From positions 1 to 44,936 of the forward strand of contig JNEM01006714.1 in NCBI GenBank assembly GCA_000697335.1: a DNA stretch of 44,936 bases. The letters are read 5' to 3'. The stretch is from Conidiobolus incongruus B7586. Taxonomy: Eukaryota. Positions 13,357 to 25,736 of the stretch are shown here, piece by piece. Within the stretch, counting starts at the first letter, position 1, and every line of letters begins with the position of its first letter. Both the position numbers and the translations under genes were made by a program. Below the pieces are notes generated by a model. It was not told the origin of the DNA. It worked only from the letters and a program-made list of their open reading frames with translations, and did no database searches.

Positions 13357-13534
13357 GCTCTAAAGCTTTAATTTATCTATGCAAAATAAAATCAATTTTA
13401 ATAGCATTTTATATTTTAAAATTTATCATATTTTGTAATATGCTTACAATCTCATTAATATCATGAAGATGAAATAGAAATGATAATTTATTCAAAGTTA
13501 ATAATTAACAATATAATGATTAAAATGACTAGAG

Positions 13535-14413
13535 TTATCTTTTGCTATACCCTTTGTGACCTGAATATGATCGATCTTTGGAAACGGGTTTGGGTTGGGG
13601 TTTAGCACCTAATCCTAACAGTCTTTCTCTAGGTTGAGGGACTAATTCTTTCTCTTTGCCTTTTTTAGCTTTCTTTTTTTCTTCAGCTTCTTCATCCCAT
13701 CCCATACCTCTTAACATTGCCAAACCAAATTCCTCAATGGGTGTTTCTTCGTACTCTTCGAGGGTGCAGGAATCGGGACGGGATTCAATATCTTGGCGAT
13801 AAGCTTCGGTTTCGTTATAGGATTGGAGTGGAATAGACATAACCTTAACCGTCTTAGTATTTGTAGATTCATTGACTAATTCGTTGATTGCTTGTTGTTC
13901 GAGTGTGAGTGGTTCTTGAGGTTGGGTATTTTTTGAATCAGTCTGAGTTGACTCATTCTCTTCAATGTTTTCTTCAGGTTCGGTAGGTTTTGGCTGCATA
14001 ACTTTCAAACCATACTTGGTATTACTATCTACACCATTGATGACGGTAGTTGTAACAACGTCTTTACCAACAGGCTGACTTTGAGGGATATAAATGGCTT
14101 TCTTTCTAGCTTTCCAGCCTCCTTCCTCTTCGATACATGGAATAACACGTTTAACAGGGATTTCGCTAGGGTCTTTTGCATTCGGGTCAAATTCTGTGAT
14201 AATTTGAACTTTATCAGTTTCAGCTTTAACTGTTTCTTCACCTAAATTCACTCTATTACGACTAATAGTAACGTTAGTTGGTTTTGTAGAAGTAAATTTA
14301 AAACCAATACCATTAATCGTGCTATTACCATTATTCTCTGAATTTTCTGAATTTGTAGATTTTTTTAAATTAAATTTTTTAAAATTTGAAGAATTGGGAT
14401 TTTTTCTAAACAT
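13535..14413 (-). CDS. SPP2: Spp2/MOS2-type G-patch pre-mRNA splicing factor
   Basis: RPDSCTLEEYEETPIEEFGLAMLRGMGW...RERLLGLGAK matches the Spp2/GPKOW G-patch. Confidence 0.88.
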   Translation of the reverse strand: MFRKNPNSSNFKKFNLKKSTNSENSENNGNSTINGIGFKFTSTKPTNVTISRNRVNLGEETVKAETDKVQIITEFDPNAKDPSEIPVKRVIPCIEEEGGWKARKKAIYIPQSQPVGKDVVTTTVINGVDSNTKYGLKVMQPKPTEPEENIEENESTQTDSKNTQPQEPLTLEQQAINELVNESTNTKTVKVMSIPLQSYNETEAYRQDIESRPDSCTLEEYEETPIEEFGLAMLRGMGWDEEAEEKKKAKKGKEKELVPQPRERLLGLGAKPQPKPVSKDRSYSGHKGYSKR

Positions 14414-15449
14414 TATTAAAATATATCGAATATAAAATTATTGTTAGTAATTAAATTGTTAAAATATTATTGATTATTTCTTAATGAATTGAATTAAATA
14501 AATAGATTTAAATTTTTATTTTATTATGGGATTAATAAATTTTTATAAGTCACATTTTTATTATTATATTTAAATTTCAATTATAGATTAGTTTAAAATA
14601 ATTATATTTCTAAAAATTCTCTTTTAAATATTTTTTATTTATCAAAATAATACACAATTGTATATGTTAATTTGAAATGTTATAAATTCAGGATTTAAAG
14701 AATTAATATTAATAAAATTTTAGATAATATCAAATTATTAATCTGCTGATGAAAGGATTAAACATATATACTAACATATATTTATTGTAGTATAAATCAA
14801 TAATAATAAAATAATATACTAGATTAAATCTAAAAATTAATAACTATCATATTAAATTTTGATAAGTAATTTGAGTTTAATATGATATAAATAAAATTAA
14901 GAATGCTATGACTATTAAATTTCTAATATCTGATAAATCTCCTTATAATTTAAGTCGAAAATATATATTGTTTAAAATTAATTAATGGATTATTGGAATT
15001 TAATTAATATTAAATATAAAATTCACATAAATATATATATATCCGAAAATTATAATTTATAATAATTCACATAATTCATTATACTTTAAAAACTACTTAT
15101 GATATCTAAATTTAATTTATGCGGAATTTATTTATTACTTCTAAAGTTATTATTTTGAATATACAAAAACATATGTATATATTTTATTTTGAATTATATT
15201 CAATCAAATCTTTAAAAATTTCTAGATATAATGAGAAACAAGAATTTTGTAATTAATATTCCCACAAACGAATACTAACTATTTTAATTCATTAAATTGA
15301 ATTCAATGAATGTATTACATTCAAAATTCATACTCCTTAATTGTTAACACTTGAAAATATAAAATTATTCAAAATAATTGATTCATAACAAATATATGAT
15401 AATACTGGTTTATATTTAATCGATTAATTTCTTTTAATATTATATCATA

Positions 15450-17750
15450 ATGAAATTTAAAACTACAAAATTAGCTTTATATCATTTTTCAGATTATAGA
15501 GAATTGTCATTTACCAATCAAATAAATTATCAAGGTAAAATTGAAGACGAAGCAGAGTTTTTGAGAAATATACCGCTTGATAAGGTTGATACGAGTAAAA
15601 AAGCCAAATATGAATGGAAGTTTTTCAAATCTAACTCCAAACTAAACCCTAAAAAGGTAAATTGAAAAACAATTTATTTGTTTAAAATTAATAATTTAAA
15701 ATAGTTAGCAGAAGCTGGATTCTTTTTTACACCTACATCGAAAATAAAAGATGTTGTCACATGTTATATGTGCCAATGTCAGGTGGATAGTTGGTGTGAA
15801 AGGGACGATCCTTTAAAGTACCATTGTGAAGAATCGCCGAATTGTCACTTGGTTATTTCAAAGCTTCAATTTTTGAATAAAAAAATGAATCTTGACAAAA
15901 TCCAATTTACAAGCGAAAGCTATTTTACGTCACGGTTAAAAACTTTTAGAGACTGGTGGCCCCACCAATTTAAAAGATCTAATTGCCATCCTATAGAGGT
16001 AAATATCTTGTGGTATAGCTCTTTATTCATTTAACTTATATGTTGTAATTGGTAGCTCGCAAAAGCTGGCTTCTGTTTAAATGCGAATACTGAATTCCCG
16101 GATCAAACAGAATGCTCTTTATGTGGATTAGTCAAAAATCAGTGGAAAAGTAATCAAAATCCATTTCAAGAACATTTCTTTTTTAATCCAGACTGCCCTA
16201 TTGTAAAATTAATAATATCACAGTCTAATGAAAAACTCAATTCTGAAGAAATTTATTTACCTAAAATTCCAAGGTCTATTAAAATAAATAACACTGTAAA
16301 TCTCACAGATTTTTCCCTAACTTATTGCTAATCTTGTTATTTAGATTGCTATCAAAGAAGAAGAGCATACAAAATACAATATTGGATTATCAGATGAGAA
16401 ATCAATCATAGCAAATCGTACTCGAGTAAGTCACTATAATAATATTTATTGAATATACAATATCTAATAAGTTATTATTAGCGGGTTGGAACTGTCACAC
16501 TTACTCAACCCAATGCCAAGCCTGAATCTATGGTTGATAGGTCTAATATAATGACTAAACCATATTTACTACGTTCAGCAAAGAAACACGATTTGAATAA
16601 TAAACAGTCTACATCGAATTCATCAGATAAACCAACAGAATCTAAAGGTAAACAACTTTTTATTAATAACAAATGACAACTAGATAAATATTTGTTGGTT
16701 ATTAATAACTAACTATTATTTATGGATTTAGTATCTCGAATGAAAAAGAGAACAAAACCTCAACCTGACACAGCTAAGAAGCGTCTCAAATCTTCGACAA
16801 AGCCAAAAATTAAACACGAGGACAAATCAGTAAATGTATATCTTAATCAAGATAACCATAACAGTAGTGTATATTTTGACAAATCTAAGGTGCTTCAATC
16901 ACCTGTTCATCCACAAATGTCACCAACAGCATCAATCAAACGAAATCGAATAGCTAAATCTACCAAAATTCAACGTACAAGTTCACATACTTCCCCAACT
17001 GTAGCTGCACCCACATTATTCAATGTTGTTACTACAAAAAATATCCTTTCATCTACTGCTAACATTCAACCTGTTCAATTTGCTAAACCTAAGCCAACTC
17101 GATCAATATCTGAAAAACTGGAAATGGCGCCAACTTCCTCCAATCATGAGTCCCTAGTTCAAACAAAACCAGGCTTAGTAGAAACATTATCAACGCATCA
17201 TAAACGTCGCTTTCAATATCGATCAGGAAAATCACCAGAACCTACTTCCACTTCTCAGTCACCGTCACAGCCCCAAACACATCATATACAATCGCTATCA
17301 CCGTCACAATCACATCCACAACCCCAACCTGAACTGCAATCTCAGCCCCTGCCTCAGCCTCTTCCCCTGACTCATTCTCAGCCTGAGATTCAATCCCAAC
17401 CACATCCCTTACATGACCTTCCACCATATTGTCAAATCGACAATTATGAAATATCGGCAGATGAAACAGTCAACAAGCGACACAAAAAAGCGATAGATTT
17501 TCTGGGAAAATCGATAAAACTTCACACACTTCCAGGCATGAAGCCCGCACCATCTCTCGAAGAGTACGACGGCACGCCGCAAGAATTTCTCCAACGCACA
17601 CAACAAGAAGCATCACGGATTAGCAAAATAGCGATGGAGTGGGAAACTGCAAGGACGCAAAAAGTGTTAGAATATTTGGACAATACCGAAATGGATCGCG
17701 ATCTTGATAATTTTCTTAATAAGTTGGATCAAATGATCGAAAATATGTAA
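15450..17750 (+). CDS. BIR1: Two-BIR-domain protein (fungal Bir1/Cut17, survivin-like), about 6 exons
   Basis: Spliced BIR1 is RELSF...W...LAEAGFFF...VTCYMC...W...DPLKYH...PNC. BIR2 is RLKTF..WWPH...LAKAGF...ECSLC...W...PFQEH...PDC. A long disordered S/T/P/Q-rich region and a helical C-terminus follow. Confidence 0.85.
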
Positions 17751-19066
17751 GTTTAATTCATTTTCATTTGCTTTTCGTTATATTAATTAGATTTTTGTAG
17801 GAAATCTAGAAATCAGCGTAATCCTTAATATTTTTTCATTTGAATTCAGTTATTTTTAATAAAAATAATATAAATGTATTTTTTTAAAAATTCATTAAAT
17901 GATATAATTTGTAGATATTATCATATTTAATAAAATCTGATAAAAAATCAAATGCTAAATTTATGTATTTTGATTATAAATTGTTGAAAGTTTTAATAGA
18001 AATATATTCGATTCTATATACCTTTTACTAACTATATATTAATTCGATTATAAACTAAAAATTAATAAATTTTTACGATATAATGGAATGATCTATTATA
18101 TTGACTAAGATCAGCTTTAACCCCATACAATGATTTTTTCAAACTAAGGATTAATTCTTCAATTTATTAATATAAAACTTGCATTAATGCAACAATATTG
18201 ACTTAATACAACACTTACTTCGGTACTATATAAAATATCAAAATATAGGAAGCAATCAAATTATATTCTCAAAAAATTTCTTTATTTTAAGGATTTAATT
18301 ACTATAAAAATGAAACATAGATTATCTAATATCTTCATTGATCCCCATTAATTTAAAAAATTTAAATTAAATAACGATTGCAATATTAATATATAATATA
18401 ATTGACCAAATCAAAATATTTTATTAAATAATTTTAATCCTTAGGTAATTGTTTGAGGTTAATTTTTGATGATAATTACAATATTAAAATTTTTAAAATT
18501 TTTAAATACTCAAAAATCTGTTTAGAATATAATAATATGATTAAATTAATAAAGAACTATTAATTTTAAAATTCCGTCTTAAGTTCATAAATCATTTTAT
18601 TTACTAGAATTTAAAAAATATTTTGAACCATAAATGATTCAATTCAATATATGGATTAAATAATTATTAAATTGAGTAAAGTTAAAATATTTATTCGAAA
18701 AGAATTAAAAATTAACCAGTGATATAATTAGTTACAAACCTAAATATTATTAAAGATTTTTAATAAAATTTGTAGGTTGTTATAGAGTGTTATTTTATCT
18801 ATAGTTGTATTATAGTGATCATTTGATTGATAAGATGAAAAATATCATTATTAATATCTTATCTAATTAATTCAAAATATAAACAAGGGATATTAACCCA
18901 CAATTCAGAAATTATAGAAATCCAAATAAATTGATTTTATTGCAAATTTAGTTCATATTATATTTGAATAGAATTAGCCAGTTTTACTAATATAATATTT
19001 ATTTAATCCTTTGTATATCAATCCAATTTAATTTTTTATAGAATATAATTAGAATCTTATAATAAA

Positions 19067-20839
19067 ATGAAATCTATTGTTAGACTAAGAACCAATCGAT
19101 TACTGTCATCAATTAAAACTATTAATTCCAATTATTGCAGACACCACTCTACTTCCACAAATGTTCAAGAAACCAAAACAGAAGCGAAAGTGCCTGGTGG
19201 AAAGTCTAAGAAACAGAAGCCTGAACCTATTGTGTTTTCCAACCGTTCTAAGGGCCCTTCCCTCCACGATTTTATTATGTCGCAAGCGACTCCATCCAAC
19301 GCTAAAGCTATTCAACCTCCATACTTGAATTTAGATTTACAGACTCCAAAGAACTATTTTGTTGAAGTTTACGGCTGCCAAATGAATGTAAACGACACGG
19401 AAATTTTGATGTCAGTAATGAATTCTGCTGGGTATAAGAGGACACATAATATTGAGGATGCTCACGTCGTGTTTTTAGTCACCTGCTCAATTAGAGAGAA
19501 TGCGGAATCGAAAATTTGGCACAGACTTTACGATTTGAAGAAGATGAAAGTAAAGAGTGGATTCAATACGGAGCAACCTCCTGTAGTTGGTGTATTGGGA
19601 TGTATGGCTGAGAGATTAAAGGAGAAATTGCTCGAAAAGGATAAATTGGTTGATATTGTATGTGGTCCTGACGCTTATCGTTCCATTCCACATCTTTTAC
19701 ATTTGTCCTACAAGTCAGATCAAACTCAGGGTGTCGCCAACGTTATTTTGTCAGCTGATGAGACTTATGCTGATATTGTTCCTATGCGTCTTGATCCCAA
19801 TGCTCAAAGTGTCTTCTTATCCATTATGAGAGGTTGTAACAATATGTGCAGTTATTGTATCGTTCCCTTCACCAGAGGTATTGAACGCAGTCGACCTATC
19901 GATTCTATTCTTGATGAAGTTCGTAGATTAAGCGATCAAGGTATCAAAGAGATCACCCTATTAGGTCAAAATGTCAATTCATACAGAGATACATCTTCAG
20001 AATCTCACTACATCTCCAGGGGGGATAGCTTAGCTGAGGGATTTAATACCATTTACAAGACAAAGCCGGGAGGTATTCGCTTCACTGAGCTCATGGACCG
20101 TGTCAGTTTGATCAATCCCGACATTCGTATCAGATTCACATCACCTCACCCCAAAGACTTCCCTGACGATTTGATCCACTTGATTAAAGAACGTCCCAAC
20201 CTCTGCAACTCAATTCACATGCCAGCTCAATCTGGTAATACTCAAGTTCTAGAGAGAATGCGTCGTGGATACACAAGAGAAGCTTACATTGCTCTTGTAG
20301 ACAGAATCAGATCCATCATTCCCAATGTTTCCCTCAGTTCCGATTTCATCGTGGGATTCTGTGGTGAGACTGAAGCAGAGCACCAAGACACTATGTCGTT
20401 AATGGAATATGTAGGATATGACATGGCATATATGTTCGCGTATTCTATGCGCGAAAAGACGCACGCTCACCGCAAATTTGTGGATGACGTTCCTGACGCT
20501 GATAAGAAGCGACGACTTCAGGACATTATCAAGATCTTCCACACTCAAGGCTTTCTCAGACTCAACAAGATGGTCGGTACACACCAGTTGCTTCTGATTG
20601 AGGGACCTATCACCCATCCCAACCAACTCGAGAAAGGTAGAGTATTCTCAGGCAGAACTGATGGTAATCATAAGGCATTCGTTATGATGGATCCCTATTT
20701 GAAGCAAGCTAGTCCTCATCTCTACAACCTCAAGGCTGGTGACTATGTCGTCGTTAAGATTACGTCTGCTTCATCTACCTCGGTGAGTGGTATCCCTGTT
20801 GAATGCTGTTCAGTTAGCGAATTCGCCAAAAAATATTAA
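19067..20839 (+). CDS. CDK5RAP1: Mitochondrial tRNA-i6A37 methylthiotransferase (MiaB/CDK5RAP1), intronless
   Basis: UPF0004 domain (YGCQMN, TCSIRENAE, LGCMAER), radical SAM motif CNNMCSYC, C-terminal TRAM-like region and N-terminal presequence. Confidence 0.96.
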   Translation: MKSIVRLRTNRLLSSIKTINSNYCRHHSTSTNVQETKTEAKVPGGKSKKQKPEPIVFSNRSKGPSLHDFIMSQATPSNAKAIQPPYLNLDLQTPKNYFVEVYGCQMNVNDTEILMSVMNSAGYKRTHNIEDAHVVFLVTCSIRENAESKIWHRLYDLKKMKVKSGFNTEQPPVVGVLGCMAERLKEKLLEKDKLVDIVCGPDAYRSIPHLLHLSYKSDQTQGVANVILSADETYADIVPMRLDPNAQSVFLSIMRGCNNMCSYCIVPFTRGIERSRPIDSILDEVRRLSDQGIKEITLLGQNVNSYRDTSSESHYISRGDSLAEGFNTIYKTKPGGIRFTELMDRVSLINPDIRIRFTSPHPKDFPDDLIHLIKERPNLCNSIHMPAQSGNTQVLERMRRGYTREAYIALVDRIRSIIPNVSLSSDFIVGFCGETEAEHQDTMSLMEYVGYDMAYMFAYSMREKTHAHRKFVDDVPDADKKRRLQDIIKIFHTQGFLRLNKMVGTHQLLLIEGPITHPNQLEKGRVFSGRTDGNHKAFVMMDPYLKQASPHLYNLKAGDYVVVKITSASSTSVSGIPVECCSVSEFAKKY

Positions 20840-21411
20840 ACATTATATTTATTTGTTAATTTATTTAACTAAATCCTGTTGATTAAATCTAATCCATCTT
20901 ATCGTTATAATTTTATATGAATTTACCATATTATCGTAATTAATAATTTTATCCTTTCAATAGTACTCAACTGACTATTATATCGTTTTTCAATTGAATT
21001 GATAGTGAACATATGAAATTTATTCAATATTTTGGGATGAGTTAAAGTGGATTTTATTCTAAAATATAGAATATTTATCAAAAATAGAAATATACTGAAA
21101 ACTGTATTTTTGATTCAGCTAATTCAATTAAACATAATAATGATTTAAATATCTAATAAAAACAACTCCTCAACCTAATGTTGAATGAGCAATAATTTTT
21201 CTAAAATCAAATATAGGTTGAAAATAATTAAAAATTCAAATTCAAATTTATTCAATTTATCCACTGGATCCCAACATCACTTTAGTAAATATACATTCCA
21301 TTATTCTATTTAAATTAGGGTCAATCAATTATCCTTACAATAATCACCCTTTATTCTATTCATCAATTCTGAATTAAATATAATATAATATAATATATTA
21401 TAACTACAATA

Positions 21412-22753
21412 ATGAATCCCAATTTAACTATTGAAAATATTAACGATCAATCACCCGGTGATATTATCACCTATGATTATAGAATTAAAAAAGATATTCA
21501 AAAAACTAAGAAAGGTGTCAAAGTATTACAATGGAATATTGAAAAAGGTTACAAAATCCAAGAAATCTTAAAAACTTTGGAAGAGTTGAATCCTGATATT
21601 GCTATTATTCAAGTATTGATTATTTATATATGACTGTTAAAAGTGTAACTAATTGTTGAGTTAGGAAGTGGATATATTCTGTGAACGTAGTAATAATACC
21701 AACCAGTTACAAATGATCTGCAAGAGGATGAATTGGTTGGGTGGGTTTGTCGTGGAATTTAACGAACTGAAATCATCTTTGAGGCCAGAAAATGCCCAAG
21801 TAAGTCTTATTCTTATTGACTATTTAGTCATGAATAATATTAACCTATTCACTAGGGCGGAGGTCTTCATGGTAATGCCATATTCTCCAAATATGATATG
21901 AATTTTGAAGCTTTAATCCACCAGTATCAACCTATTAATTGGGAGAAGCAAGGCGAAGATTTTAAAGAACCTAGATTTGGAGGGTATATTTCATTAATTC
22001 ATAATGGTTTTGACTCTTATTTAATGTTCCATTTACATTAGACGTACTACGTTAGTCTCCCAAATCAAATTGCCATGGGGCAAAACTATCCAAGCGTACT
22101 CAGCCCATTTAGAATGTTTTGGGGGCATCATCGGAAGAGTTGAGCAATTCTCAGAAATTATGAGTCATTCTAAGCAATCCTTGGCAGCTTACCCCAACCA
22201 GCTCATCTTTGGTGACTTCAACACACTCTCTCATGGCATCACTCGCCTGTCTGCCAAATACTGCCAAGATGTCTACCGCTGGAAGAGCTTGGGCTATACC
22301 GAATCCGAATGGTTCCAGCACCACGTTCTAGATGTTCATTCAGATTACCACAAAATCAACAATCGACTGGACGATAGAGACTTCGACGAGCAGGTGAGGA
22401 AAGATGCTGTTAACGTTGGGTTCTGGGACCCCTTCTCCATGAACCACGAGCCAACGCTGCTGAATCAATCATTTGGATTGAATTTTGAGGGCAAATTGGA
22501 TTGGACATTGGTCAAAGGTTTCAAAGTCAATCAAAAGTCAGTTGGAAATCACGAATTTCAAGAATCGGACCACAAGTGGTTGATGCTCGATTTAGAGGTG
22601 ATTGATGATTCCAGTAATGATGCTGAATTCTTTAAACATAGCTACCATTATCAAGCTAAAAGAGTTCATTTACAGTACACCCTTTGGGATATATTATTTA
22701 TTGCAAGTTTGCCACTCATGTGGTTGACTATTATCTATTGGTATTTATTATAA
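21412..22753 (+). CDS. Endonuclease/exonuclease/phosphatase (EEP) family protein with C-terminal transmembrane helix; exons 21412-21612, 21665-21799, 21856-21983, 22042-22753
   Basis: Motifs QWNIEKG, QEVD, GNAIFSKY, HLE, GDFN, LDW and SDH; hydrophobic tail ILFIASLPLMWLTIIYWYLL. Confidence 0.9.
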
Positions 22754-22965
22754 AATTTTGTTATTTATAAAATATAAATAGAATTCTTTAAATTTTATTT
22801 GATTATTAAATAATCTTTATATTTTGAATATTTATATTAATTTAATTTTTTAACGGAATAAAAAAGTTCAAAGGGTTGATAGACAACCCTATAATTTCAA
22901 TATAACAAACTATATATTGATATGAATTTAAGTTTTAAATTTTGATTTTTTTAATATATATTAAA

Positions 22966-23285
22966 TTTCCAATCCAACCCCTAAGGAATCAGAGTAATCT
23001 GAATTGAGTTAATAACTCTTGAGAGTTATTCACACTTATTAGACTAATTTTGACAATCACCCCATTAGCCATTTTCAATCCTCCGAAAAGGATAACTTTC
23101 TGTTGACTAATGACCATTTCAATTAATGGAATCTGCCGTTAGCAGCTTAGTGGTGAATCCTCAGACTTTCCCGCAGGTAATGATAAAGAGTCGACAATCT
23201 TGTATCCCGAAGGTATAAGATTTCACTCAGAATTGGTAATGACCCACTGAAGTGTGCTTGATCCCTTAGGGGTTGAAATTGGAAA
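22966..23285 (-). ncRNA. RPR1: Nuclear RNase P RNA
   Basis: Minus strand has CR-I GGGAAAGUCUGAG and CR-V AACUCAAUUCAGAUUAC (P4 pairing UCUGA/UCAGA), plus AGAAA and UGAAA elements. Complementary termini form P1 (CAACCCCUAAGGGAUCA / UGAUUCCUUAGGGGUUG). Exact ends are uncertain. Confidence 0.9.
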
Positions 23286-23623
23286 AAAGTTAGTGAAATT
23301 GAATATTGGTTCAATTCCATAAACTCATCTTTTTTCACTGATTCAAAATTTAATTTGTATAACTCCTTATAGGATTTCGAATTATGGGATGTAAAATTTT
23401 TTTATTTACCACATTGAAAAATATTTAATATTATATGTATATCATTTTTAATTAAAACATTTCTTCGATTATAATATATAATTAATATACAAGGTTAATT
23501 ATTTCTTCTATTCTGTTTTGGATCAATGATTTCTATTAATTGGAGTCTAGTATTTATCACTTTAATAACGCTCAAATTTTAGATTTTTATCAAATAATAA
23601 AATATAAGATCAATTAAATAATA

Positions 23624-24865
23624 TAGGGTTGGAAAATAAAAAATGACACTTTTAATTAATTAATTTTCGAACATATTAAAAGTTTTTAACATCAAAATAT
23701 AAATAAAAAATTGATAGAATAAAACAATATATAAATATATATTTATTTGTATCTGTTATTATAATTTTTTGATTTAAAAATTAAATATTAAATTTACATA
23801 TAGTTAAATTAGAGTGATTATCAATAGTTTTTTATTTGGTTATTATTAAAACTCAACTACAAACCCTTTAAAAATTTTTAAAATTTACAAGCACCTTATA
23901 AAAATGATGCTTGATTTAAAACCCAAGTTTATCATTAGACTTATGACTTTAAAGTTAGAAAACAAATTATTCAAGATTTAATATAATTTAGTAAATTAAT
24001 TTCTATCATTAATTTTTAATTATTAAAAAATTAGAAAATTATATTAAAGCCAACTTTTTATTATATTAAGAGGGTAATTAAAGCATTTTAAAATTAATTA
24101 TATAAGAGTATTATATATATTAAAATTTAAAATAAAAACCATATATTTTAATATAAGCTTGAAAAATTAAAGATAGTTACAGCTATAAAAACTTATGAAA
24201 ATATAGCTAGAAACATAAAATTTTATATTATATGATTATAATTGATGAGACTTATATATATATATATTCCTTTGCTTAAATATAAATTAAAATATTAGGC
24301 TAAGTTAAAGCAAACTCTGTTAGAAATTCTAATCACAAAGCATTTTGTTTATAAAAAAATATTGATTATTATATTAAATTATAATAGTATAAATATTTTT
24401 TATTTTATTTTTTATGGTTAAATAATTAATTATGTATAATATATTATTTTAAATAAAATAATTTTTAATTGGTGTTTTTAATATTAATTAAATAAAATTT
24501 AATATTTTACAAATATAAAATATTTGAAGTTAAAATTATAAAAGCTTTTTTAATAAAAACAACTGACAAAAGTTACCATATCTAGTATATTCACTATATT
24601 ATATCTTATGTGATTATAATTAAAAAAAATAAGCATATAAGAAAGTAAATTTCAAAGGATAAATTGACTAGAGTTATAAAACATCAAATTTTAATCCTAA
24701 AAGGTTTGTTTTTAGGTATTAGGAATTTGCCAAAGAGATAGCAAATAGATATTAACAATAAAAGAAAGTATTAATTCCATTATATATATTTATTTTATTA
24801 AATTTTATAATAAAAAATATAATAAAGATTAATTTGAAAATACCATTACTTAATTTCAAACCCTA
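23624..24865 (+). mobile_element. Decayed Tc1/mariner-like DNA transposon (1242 nt)
   Basis: Imperfect TIRs of about 30 nt (TAGGGTTGGAAAATAAAAAATGACACTTT vs reverse complement TAGGGTTTGAAATTAAGTAATGGTATTTT) flanked by TA on both sides; typical length. Trace ID*SYKTSNFNP near 24663-24698 resembles WPxxSPDLNP. No ORF remains. Confidence 0.7.
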
Positions 24866-25627
24866 TAATATTATGAATCACTTTTGGATTAATGTGTATA
24901 ATACATCATTAATATTATTTCAATATTTGATTTGAATAAATATTGTATTAAATATATTTAACAACTCACTTATCATCTAAGTATGTTTTTAAATAAATTT
25001 ATGAAATAGTATAATCTTCATTTTTGATTATAAATTTGAGATGAGCTTATAAGATTAAAAAATAATTTTAATTCATTTTTATATGATATGCTAATTTATG
25101 AGTTTAATTTTATTTCAATAGATTTGACTCATTCATAGCTAATATTCAAGAATGTTGCATCAACTTTCGATTGACATGGAATAAATAAAATAAAATATTG
25201 ATAATATATATTTAGCATATTTGCAAATATTAAAATAAGTCTAACAGTGTAATAAATCTATTTCATTATTCATCATTAATATTTTTATCTTATCAATTTA
25301 CACAAACCTAGACAATTTTGATTAAAATCATGAGTTTAATTTTCTCATACCAAAATTAACCTATTAATTCAAATAATTTTTAAAAATAGATCGAATAGAT
25401 TCAGAATTAATGATGCCACAATGCCGAATTATAATATTATTGTTTTAATATTTTTAATATTAGTTATCGATAATATATGAAAAGTGTTTTATTTGATAAT
25501 AAAAGTGATAAATTGATAAATTGATATATATAAATCTTTAAATCTTGGAAATTAATTCCAATATTTTCCGTTATCAATATACCTGATAGTAATCAAAATA
25601 TATTTTTCTCATTATATATATTGAATG

Positions 25628-25736
25628 TGACGTCATAAGAAAATAATTTATTGGTTAGAATCTAAATAATTATTTTTTGAAATTTGGATATCAATTAAAT
25701 AGCAAACTCTTAAGTAGTCTTAGTATGGCCAATCAG
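25628..25736 (+). promoter_or_regulatory. CRE (TGACGTCA) and CCAAT boxes upstream of TPS1
   Basis: Perfect TGACGTCA at 25628-25635, ATTGG near 25650 and GGCCAATCAG at 25727-25736. Confidence 0.45.

Noticed and set aside
15498..15620. Insertion within the first BIR domain
   Set aside because: Insertions at this position are, to my knowledge, common in fungal Bir1 proteins.
17240..17420. Q/P/S-rich repeats in BIR1
   Set aside because: Ordinary low-complexity linker.
23147..23338. 63-aa minus-strand ORF
   Set aside because: Overlaps the RNase P RNA and has no protein features.
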